DNA of 64,000 nt from Octopus vulgaris (Eukaryota). The translations under genes were made by a program, and so were the position numbers. Position 1 is the first letter of the stretch, and every line of letters starts with the position of its first letter. The stretch is taken from the NCBI GenBank assembly GCA_951406725.2, contig OX597815.1, positions 141,732,001-141,796,000 on the forward strand. Direction: 5' to 3'. Shown here piece by piece: positions 53,294 to 64,000 of this stretch. The notes under the pieces were generated by a model. That model saw only the letters and a program-made list of their open reading frames with translations. It was not told where the DNA came from and did no database searches.

Positions 53294-53664
53294 ATTAAAA
53301 GCCTCTAATAAGCTGGAGATTGACTCGGAGAGCAATGACTGTCATTGCCACAGATGGAGGATGTAGGTTAAGGAAGGAGGCGACACATTTGAGAGAGCAC
53401 GTATTCTGCATGAAGAATTTAAGCCTGCTGCTCGAAAGCGCACTATTAACGTAGAGAATGGGAAACTTTGATTTGCAATGTTTGCAATTGTTATGCTTGT
53501 CAACAGCAGGGTTTATTAGCCACCAACAGTCGGAAATGCAAAATGTAAGTTAATCTTAGATCGCACAATGTTCCTTAAGGTCAGCAATGGTCGTTCGCGG
53601 TTACATATATATATATATATATACATACATACTAACATACAAACACACACACACACACACACGC

Positions 53665-53715
<51 letters not shown>

Positions 53716-56009
53716 ATAATCACGTACATAGTTTGTGCTTGCTTAATTGCACGCAAAATACATCGATTATATCCGGGATACAGTTGAAGGCATTTGATTT
53801 ATCCCTCAATGATATACAACCCGGAAGCATATGGCTGCTATGCCAAAATACGCTTGCAAACAGTCAGCCTTATTCGTATACATATAGATGGATATATTCA
53901 ATTCATTATAGATAATGTGAAACTGAAACTCAACAGAACAATGAATACAATGTTAATTACTAGATAATATACTAGAGTTCTAAGTGATAAATGCAAATTT
54001 ATCCAGCTCTATTCGTTTTTATTTCGCTTATATTTTCATTTAAATGAAGCATACATGAGAATTTAATTTTAATACGTATTTACTTTTGTCATTTATTATG
54101 CATCGACTGTGAGTAGTATTGCTAACCATTTCTAATTGCAAACCATTTCTAATTTTACTTTATACAATGTTATATACAGTATTCATTTATGCCTTAAGAG
54201 ATTTATAGCATATACGCGCAGACGGTAACTTTCTGAACAGTGACTTCGCTTGCTAATGATAGCAGCCAAGTATTCTTCATGTCACAGCTTACCGCCTTAA
54301 AGGAAAGATAGGTGACTTTCTAAATGGAGTTGTAAAACTCTCAGAAGAGGATTCTTTTTGACCACTAAGTATGCTTGATTAAAATTGCCCTGGAGCTAAC
54401 TAGATTCGATAACAGCTACCTATTCAGTTTCGCACCCCAAATGAATATTATATCGTATATCAACAACAGCTGTAATGAACAAAAATTTTACTTACAGTTT
54501 TCCACGTTACACTTAATGTTGTTTATCCGTTATATAACTTCTTAATTTATATTTTAACGTTGATAATAGATATTATAATTTTTGGTTTTTATTGTAAAAT
54601 ATATGTTATCTTAAAGTTGAGCAATTCAATGACAAGTAATTTTTTTAAACCATTGAATTCCAAGGAAATACTGAAGATATTTCGCTGACAAAAGAACTCT
54701 CTTGAAAAAAAAGAAACAACAATTTCTGCAAAATACACAAAAGCATATCACATTAACGATTGCTTTGATATACTTCACTTATATATTTCTTTTTTTTTTA
54801 TTTTCCTACTATAAAATCCCTACATTAATCACCTTAATATTACATTAAGCAGTGGTAATGTCATTTTATAGAAAACTACGTGCATATCTGTCAGCTAGAC
54901 TATCTTGCATTCCCACTTAATGTATGGAATAACAGTATCACCCTTAATATCCAAACAACGTTCTAAAAGAACGTAGAAGAACATTCTAAACAAGGTGATG
55001 GATGAGTATAAATTACATTGAGTGTAATGACCACGCTAATAGCCTATTTTCAAATGATAAATTGTTAATATACGAGGATATTAACGAATTAAAGAACCTA
55101 AACTTAACATTATATTATCAAATATGCTTCCACAATATAGTAGTGATGCATTATTCGTGAAAGACTGTAACATTCAGATATTTCCAGGATTGTGCCAAAT
55201 AATATATATTGCATACTTATGCATTCTCTCGTCACAATAACTCGAACATATTAAAATGCATTTATATATACTACCTCAACTTAAGTGAAGGCATTCAGTA
55301 ATCTGATTTCAATATAAACCCTGACCTTGCATTATCGTGGGGAAACATTTTGAGGGCTTATTATTTCATTATTAACGGATATCAAAAGTTCTCACGCATG
55401 TATATTTATATTATGTAAAGGAGTTTTCATACCAGAACTATTGATTATTTGGATATTTATTAGTTGTTAGAGCTATGCAAACTCATAATAAATATATTTC
55501 CAATCAATATATTGCTGGCAATTTTTCATTAGTTATTGGTTTGGGTTCCATTTATAAATGTTGTCTTTTCATTATGTTGTATTCATGGAAAAACATGGAC
55601 CCAGAAATGGCAAAGCGAGGGCCAAAATTGCAGGTGCTGCTTTCTTGTATACATGTACAACAGATTCGAAATTCTGTCAACATGGCCTTTAATATACCTA
55701 GGATTTCTAAAATAACAATTCTATTACTACTGAATAATACCTTGTATATAACACTCCTGTAATATATAGAAGGCGGTGCAAAGTTGTTTTAAAAACTACT
55801 ATTCTTGGTAGCATAGTCAGGAGGATGAGGCAAGGGTACACTCATACTAAATAACTATATTTGGCTTTTTCTCAGAAAGTATACTACGACATTCATTAAT
55901 GTTGATGTATGAGAAGCATATCAAGAATGATATGGAGAAGATATATTCACTGTATAATGCCAGGACTATTGATGGAAATATTATTTGATTCAATAATTCG
56001 TGGTATTAA

Positions 56010-56215
56010 GGCGCGATGATAGCAGAGTGGTTAGCATGCCGGGCAAAATGCTTGAGGGCATTTCGTTCTTCTATACGTTCTAATTTACAAATTCCGCCGA
56101 GGAATTTGAAATTCGGGACGTAAATTATTTTGGGATCAATAAAATAAGTATCAGTCGGAGTATTGGGGCTGATGTAAAGGACCTAACACTAACCCATAAT
56201 TGTTGGTGCCAAAAT
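56010..56215 (+). mobile_element. SINE family B, diverged
   Basis: tagcagagtggttagcatgccgggcaaaatgcttg...aaattccgccgagg...gatcaataaaataagtatcagt. Confidence 0.75.
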
Positions 56216-57633
56216 TGTTGTGCCAAAATACGAATGCTATACTTCGTTGTATTTCCAAGTTATAGCAAGTTCTAATTTTTTTTTCATTTCTTTTTTGTGC
56301 TAACAAATATATAATACATATATTTCCAATCCTGTAATCTATGAAAGTTAGTTTTGCCACACCATTCGCAATAACTGGGCAAGTAAAAAGAAAATATAAG
56401 ATTCAATTACTATGACTATAAATAATCATTTATTCTTCTAAACTGCTTGTGAAATGAACTTGGAATTATATCCTAACGTTTTCAAACGAAAGGACACATT
56501 AGAAAATCTCAATCTTCATTACACTACAGCATCATAAAAATATAACAAACAAAAATGCATACATCTATAATGAATTTGATTCTATGAGTGCTGTAACTGG
56601 AATGTTATGAAACATAATGACACTCGCAACTAAACAAAGAGTATCTGCCTGTTTGTTAGTATAACATTTCAGTTGATCCCGGCTACCTTTCTAATAAAAT
56701 CCGTATTCAAAAATAGTGCTGTAATTATTGATCTCAACGAGAATAATTATAAAATCTCCTAGATAGAATTGTTTCATATGTCACCAGTCCTTTTCAAATG
56801 ACGACCAGCAATTCAAAGAACAAAATATATGTAAATTATGTAAATACAACATATTTCAGAATTACATTAATAATTCATGTTCTATATAAACATAACATAT
56901 TTCAGCATCACATTAATAATTCATGTTCTATATAAATATTTAGATATTTTGGAATAAAAGTAAATGATTTCCTCCCAGCATTACTCCACGATAAGAACCT
57001 TAGATGTTTTAATGATGGCATTACATCTTGAGGACTACTCCAACGTTATTCTATAATAAAATATTAAGCAAATACAAGTGAGATCATACTAGGCTTTTAG
57101 TTAAAATACAATTTACATTGAAATATGAAATCAAATGGAAAATGTGTCTTCGAAGTCGATAGAGAATAGCTAAGATTTTTTTAAAATTTATTTTTGTAAC
57201 GATAGGGTGTCTAAATGTAACTGATACTTTTTTTCTCCGCTGTTTATGGTTAGCATCAATAAATTCATATTGCTCCTCTTCCCGCAAGCAATGTATCGGG
57301 AATTAATTCTTGATATGTATTTCCGAAAAGTTTTACCGTTGTACAAATAGCCGATAAATAGCCAAGAGGAAAATATCGTAATACACTTTTGGAAATCTGA
57401 ATGCTGTTATATTGCCAAACAAAAATAAATAAAATTAAAGAACCCACAAATTCCTGAATTCCGTAATGTATATATATATACCTAATATATATACAACCAA
57501 GCGCACACACTCATACATATACACATACAAACATTCATAAAATACATACATAAAGATGCTTTCATGTAACGAATAGGAACGTCGTTGGGGTATTCATTCT
57601 TTTATCTTGGAATCTGTCTTCGAATACCGCTGA

Positions 57634-57946
57634 CTATGAGTTTTCTTTAAAATTCCGTGGTTGCAAAAAGTAAGTGACCTCTGTCGGGCGGGTGATGGAA
57701 GAATTAGAGCATCGGACGTGGCACATTTCACATTTTTTCCTGCTCCTTGCATTTTCAGTACAATGTACACCACAACACTTTTTGTGGCAGTCATTATCTG
57801 GCACGCAATAATCAGCAAGCAACTGATGCCTTTCTTAGATTATAATAGATTGCTTGTATTCGAGTTGTGTCAGCAAAGTTCCTATTTGATGATTTGATGA
57901 TTCGATGACTCTTCATCTACACTGATACAAAGGAGTTGCCACGCGT
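57634..57946 (-). mobile_element. probable piggyBac (PGBD2/3-like) transposase C-terminal relic with cysteine-rich domain
   Basis: The upstream broken frame has DAWQL (cf. NAWQL in PGBD2/3). The open part YCVP...KKCCGVHC...SRKKCEMCHV resembles the RRCAG..C...RT.C.KC.V tail of those transposases. Comparison is from memory. Confidence 0.55.
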
Positions 57947-59314
57947 CTGGAAGGATATGTGTGTATGCAAGTGTGCTTGTGAGTGCGTGTATATTTGAGC
58001 GTTTATTCACACACATATAGTCTCACACACAAACGAAAACATACACAGTAAGAAAAGACAGAACAAGGAAGAAAGAGGTAAATAAAATATGAAAAAGAAA
58101 CAGTTGCAAATCCTTTGTCGAAAGGGTTATCAATTTAGTAGGTATAAGATAATTCAACGAGGAAGAAGCCAAAGCCTTTGATACAGTTACTCATTTGATA
58201 AAAGAACTACATTTGATAAAATAATTTTGTTCATGTGTTTGTATTTGTTAACATTTCAGGTTTGCAATTAAATAGTTTCTTGCATCTAAAATGAATCTGA
58301 CATGTTTCAGTCATACATAGTTTGCATCACTTTTATCCATTACCAAATGTGACATAGATTTCTATCAATGTTTCAGCTTCTTGCGATTGGTCTTCAGATC
58401 CCCAAAATGGCTAGCCTGTCATGTGGATTTGGTGTTGCCCAAAAGTCGGAAAGAAGGCCAGTGTTTTGCACATCTTCTTTTAAAATTGCCTTCGCATAAA
58501 CAGATGTAAGTATTCTAGGTTTATCGAATGTATATTCATCACAATTGTGATAGTCATACACACGAAAAATTTAAGAAGAATCTCATAAATACTTTTAGTA
58601 CATTGAGGAACGCAACACTTGGTTTCCCCGATATGTGTGTGTTGGTGTGTATATATCTCCGCAGCTATTTGCATGGAACTATAAGTACTTCATATTTAAG
58701 TATTGTGTATACAGCAAGCTATATGTTTACATATATGTGCGTGTGAGTGTGTGTGTGAATTTGTGCGCCTGTGTATGCGTGTGTGTGTGTGTATGTGTGC
58801 CTGTTTGCGTTTCTGTGTGTGTGTATGTGTGTACTCACATAGTCACATACTTACGCTCATATATACATGAAAGTGCGTGGTTAGGTCGCTGGCCTCACGT
58901 TCATATGACTATTTGCGCGTTTGCTACATTTGACGGCATGTGCTGACCTCGAGCAAAAGATATAGTTTCATGTTATTCCTGTCAATCTTGAAGACAATAA
59001 GTACCAGCTAAGTGCTTGTGCATTCTTTTGTCTATCCAGCTGCCACGTAACTGCTACGACAAGTGTATGCGAGGCGAGCGAGAGCGAGGGAGAGATAGAG
59101 ATGGAACGAGAAACTTAGAGAGATAGAGAGAGAGAGAGCGGCGGCATATGTATATCCTCATGGCTACATACACGTATATAACAATCAACAAAAGTGCGAA
59201 TGAATATACCAAATCATATTCGATTGAGATTGATGAATAAGCATAGATACCAGTAACATGTATTTCGTCAACAACTACAACCTGAAACGGAGAAATTGCG
59301 TTTTATATGACAAA

Positions 59315-59460
59315 GGTGCAGACAAGACTGCGTGGTTAAGGAATTCACTTCTCAACTACAATGTTCTAAGTTCTGTCACATTATGTGCCACTTTGATCAA
59401 ATCTCTTCTACCGTAGTTTTGATTTAGCCAATCACATATGAGTGAAATATAGATTAGGAG
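59315..59460 (+). mobile_element. old SINE family A head
   Basis: ggtgcagacaagactgcgtggttaag...agttctgtcacattatgtgccactttgatcaaatctcttctac is collinear with the family A head. Confidence 0.55.
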
Positions 59461-61160
59461 AATTGAGATGTCATTAGTTGTGAGATGTCATATGTGTAAG
59501 AGATTATGTACCTGGTTTCTATTATTCTGTATTTACGTCTGCCAGTGTAAAACTCTAAGTTGAGAGACATTTCGGTTGGTAGTGTTCGATAATTTTCAAA
59601 TTCTTCAATACAACACTGAGTAAGATCAGGGATCAAATTACCGACTGATGAGCCCTACTACTGGTACCAGGTAAACCCTGTTTTATGGTTGAGCTCCCAA
59701 CCACTACCCCCACACGTGCGCGCACACGCACACACACACACTTCAGTAGATGGCTACTCTTGTGAAGTGGGGGCTTAGACAACCAGCTGGAGTAAAAACA
59801 AGATATGACGAAGACCGAAGGAGCTGCTTGTGATCTAACAGCAATCCAGTTAAGGATGGCAATGGCAACCTCCGCCAATATTTCTGTGTAAAAACATGTG
59901 CAAGTCAGAACGAAGTAACACTATACTTTCATATGATAGGGGAAATCGCGCGGGATTGGGAAGAATTTCTTTGTAGTGTTATCTTTGCGCTGGAAATGAG
60001 GAACATATATGACAATGACGAATGCAATATTCACATGTACATAAGATAGGAATTTGTATGGTTATACTCTATGTATATACGCACATATCGGTCACAGTTA
60101 GCAGGAATTTTATTTATAATTCAACGTACTGAAGTTTTCAATGTGAATGTGACTAATATATACTTCAGCACGATTATATTTTACATTAGTTATAATTAAA
60201 TTAAAATTTGCGTAACATATCTTTGTTTATCTCAGAAACTGATCATTACCCCAAATCATACTGAATAATTCATTTCTTGTGAGACAAAACACCCATCTAG
60301 AAGGTGAAGCATGCATAGAATTCTAATCTCAATAATACACATAGTTGTATTTGCTTCCCTAATATTACTGTTTATTAAATCTTTTCTTCCACCACCGGAG
60401 TCAACTAATAGAGAAATATACATGCAGATACAGCCAAACTTGAGAGCTGTCTAACTTACATCCGTTGTATATCACAATGGCTGATTACTCAGCAGTATAC
60501 TCCTCTATATAGTAGAGGAATACAGTGTGTTGAAGCAACATTTAGGATGTTCTCTCTCCATCACATCAGCTTAAGTGACTTAAATTGCTTTTTCTCAAAT
60601 TGGATATAGTTTATCTTTCATTTTCAATAAAGGTAGCTGGAACGACTGAGTCGTTTTTTTATATATGCTGATATAATGGAATCTCTGCCCCCGGCTGGAT
60701 GTTACATAAATCAAAGATAAAATATTGCGTTGACATCGAATGCAATTGGTTAAGCTGTGATTCTTGTATAGAGAATATTGAGTGGATATTTGGTCGTTTC
60801 TTCATGATGGAAAGGTCTTGTGTAAAATGTCTTTACAATATAGAGGTTTCTTCTGAAACAATATTGGCTTAACCGATATATAAAGATATATAGAAAGACA
60901 AGAGTTTTAAATTTGAGGACAATGTTTGTGGTTCAGAGAATGTTGACGGTACATGTATATTGATCTGTAATATATTTAATACGGGTATCGAATATTTGTC
61001 CCTTGAATTAACACCTGCAGCAAATTCTGATAAAAATATTTGGATGACCACAAATCTGTTCGAACTACTCACCAGCGTTGATGCTTCTGCTTCGTACATC
61101 AGCAAATCAACTGTTGAGGTTTCTTGGTTCATTTCTCTACATCAAGTTTAAGGAGACGTA

Positions 61161-61390
61161 GGCGAGCTGGCAGAATCGTTAGCACGCCGGTCGGAATGCC
61201 TAGCGGTATTTCGGCTACCGTTACGTTCTGAGTTCAAATTCCGCTCTGGTCGACTTTGCCTTTCATCCTTTCGGGGTCGATTAAATAAGTATCAGTTACG
61301 CACTGGGGTCGATGTAATCGACTTAATACCTATGTCCGTCCTTGTTTGTCCCCTCTGTGTTTAGCCCCTTGTGGGTAACAAAGAAATAGG
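61161..61390 (+). mobile_element. tRNA-derived SINE family B, well-preserved copy
   Basis: A-box-like TGGCAGAATCG and B-box GAGTTCAAATTCC, then gcctttcatcctttcggggtcgat.aaataagta.cag (Meta/MESC-like domain, from memory). Several homologous copies occur in the window. Confidence 0.92.
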
Positions 61391-62943
61391 TAATTAATTG
61401 GGTCATTTTTTCCGAAATAATGTAGTGAATTTTATTTTGGAAAATATTTTAGGAAGAATTTGTGATGGACATCACAGAGTCTCATCTTCGTTCAATATTT
61501 AAAGCGGTGTTAAACGTCAGTATAGAAACCTTTTGTCACCTAATTCAGTACATGAACCATGCAAAAATTATGGATCGCATTGCACGTTAGATCCGATATA
61601 CGTGATATTACCACAAGCACCTAATTACGTTGCAGAGCAAAGAACAGAACATCAGACATCATGTGTTTTCATTTTACTGCTTTGCTCTCAGTGCGTGTCC
61701 GCAGGGAAGGACTCCACGTGATCAAGTGAATGTAGAACACTTGCCAAGCACCATTTCATCAAAAGCTCCATCAGCAGCACGATTCCGCAAAAAGTAAATT
61801 TTCCATTTTTTTTTCTTATTCTATTTGCCATGCACTAGAGCATTTTAAAAGAAATAATCCCCTTTGTTCCATGCTTCTCAACAACTGTTCTTGGAGTATT
61901 ACAACATATATTTTTAAAATTTACCTGATCTTGTACGCCGATACATATTACATACATCTTCTACTTTAAGCAACGCCTGGATCAATTGTGGAATGAAATT
62001 AGGCATCAAGATGCTTCATGATAGGTCTTCTGTAATTAAGGTCTCTTATATATTGAATGACAATAACACAGTATAAAGATAATAGGTAATATAAATTTCG
62101 CGCATAATACACTAAATATCGTGCCAAGAATATGCATAACATTTGATGCTTTTATAAGAAGAAATAATGGAATTCAAAAATGGGAAAAAAAGAATTTAAA
62201 TGATTTCCTGAATATACATTTCGTGAAAATGTAGATGGCTGCAGATTGATAAATTAAGCGAAAGTAACAAATACTGAACATATGTTGAAATGAACAACAA
62301 ACAGAAAAATGGTAATAGAAATTACATATTTTGCCCATAACAGTGGTGCATTAAATGTTCAACTGGTTAAAATTAGCAGCTTTCTCTCCAAATCACAGAA
62401 CATAGTTTAAAAAAAAATTTGGTTGTTGAAAAGGAACTCTTTGTATTAGTTAATCTAGGACGTTGAGGAAAAAAGAAACGAATCGGAATCACTATGGCAG
62501 GAAAGCCAATAACCGTGGTATTACTTGAGTAATGCAAAAGCGATGTCATATAGATTTTGCAGTTATATCTCATTGCTATTTTTAGTAATTATTCTTTAAA
62601 AAACAGCATGAGATTAATATAAATATTTACCCATAAGAATTAATTTCTAATAACATTTAAAAGAGTAAGATTCACCAATAAATGTTTCTCATGGCGACTT
62701 CAAATTATGAATGAAATGATGCCTAATGATGCCTAATGGATTGAAAACACCTTCATTATATGCACAAAGAATATAAATATAAAATATAGCACTTAGTATT
62801 TAGTTAGATATACATATTTCAAATTCGTAAAAATCAATGTGAGAGCGATATCAAATTTCATCACTATCGTATGAATTTAACCTTTTCGTGTTTTCAAGGT
62901 TAAATATTGTTTCTTGTATTACGTTTCTTAAACTAAATTAATA

Positions 62944-63143
62944 CGAACTGGCAGAATCGTTAGCACAACGGGAGAAATGCTTAGCGCTATTTCGCCTAGC
63001 GTTACGTTCTGAGTTCAACTCCGCCAAGGTCGACTTTGCCTTTCGTCCTTTCGAGATCGAATAAAAAAGTACCAGTTACGAACTGTCTGTCTGTCCTTCT
63101 TTGTCCCCTCTATGTTTAGCCCCCTGTGGGCAATAAAGAAATA
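62944..63143 (+). mobile_element. SINE family B with internal deletion
   Basis: Near-identical to 61161-61390 but lacking the ~30 bp ctggggtcgat block. Confidence 0.9.
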
Positions 63144-64000
63144 AATGAATACGAGATCACCTTGGTTTTTATCTATTCAGGCTACGGGGGTTAGTACAGT
63201 TGGGCAATCCATTTCAAAAATATCATTTAACCTTTTAGAAATCTATTTGAAACTAAAATTGAAGCTGAAAGCATCAAGATTGATTTAGATTTTATACATT
63301 AAATTAAACACATTCTAGTCGCCTTAAAAGTGTCGATCCGTAAACGGACGGTAACATTTAATTGAATTGAACGGAGAAAATATATTGCTTTACTATCATA
63401 ATATTTTAAGACTTTTATTAATTTCAGAGTTAACTGAAAACTGCTGCACTCAGTTAGTATTAATTATTCTCAATGTCGATCAGAAACTAAATGGCATTTA
63501 AATTTTCTTCAAAGTCACTCTTGTGCAATGCAGCAATTTTCTTTCCTTAAAGTTTCAGATTTTCCTCCACCAATGGAGGATTCACAATTATTTAAAATTT
63601 GTAGTAAGATCTGATAATTCTATAACATTCTAAAATCGAACAGAACTTGTGAGTATAAAGTCTAATCGAGAGACGAAGAGGTGAGAAAGATTGAGTTGTA
63701 TCAAGTGATACACCATTTGCTTTATATATACTGAGGTGAGATTTCTCATTACATTCGTTAGGCGACGTTTCAGTATCATTTTTAAAATCATTTTAATGCA
63801 AACTGATAGGTAATACTAGTTTACTATTGGATTATTTCGATAAGGTGCGTAACAATTAAACTATTTTGAGATGAAGTCTTTCGGAAGTGTACTTCAACAG
63901 CGTGTGAAATTAAAATCTTAAATAGAGAAATAAAACGAAATATCTGAGATCACTTGATTTGAATTTAACTTGCCTTCAGTTTATATTACCCAATTGTATT

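Noticed and set aside
58355-58400. Minus-strand CTGAAGA...GAAA motif
   Set aside because: The UH site and stems I and II are not properly formed.
59640-59695. CTGATGAgcc...ggtAAAC possible hammerhead
   Set aside because: The GAAA box lacks its G and stem I is poor; too degenerate to call.
61634-61690. agagcaaag...ctttgctct hairpin as a possible miRNA precursor
   Set aside because: Only 9 bp pair well; the inner region does not form a continuous stem.

Overview
AT-rich, microsatellite-dense eukaryotic DNA with no confidently identifiable host gene, rRNA, tRNA or CRISPR array. The repeat content resembles an octopod cephalopod (Octopus-like) genome; this is inferred from remembered SINE consensus sequences and not from a search. 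Most six-frame ORFs are translated microsatellites or antisense frames of decayed transposons. The window holds: (1) a ~20 kb nest (17-37 kb) of Dong/R4-type RLE LINE fragments embedded in (TAA)n-type tracts, including two copies of one subfamily in inverted orientation; (2) several Penelope-like element (PLE) relics, one with the CxCx5C linker and C-terminal GIY-YIG of the Hydra clade and an in-frame TGA; (3) four recognisable minimal type I hammerhead ribozyme motifs within 3.3-14.3 kb plus one relic at 29.1 kb, which are the most interesting non-obvious signal; (4) decayed DNA transposons (Tc1 DD34E, two mariners, Chapaev3, a piggyBac C-terminal cysteine-rich domain, a Helentron-associated HINE/DINE-1-like element); (5) a CR1-type 3' end and a Hero-like fragment; (6) three tRNA-headed SINE families, one present as a head-to-tail trimer. 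All alignments were done by eye, so boundaries are approximate unless stated otherwise.
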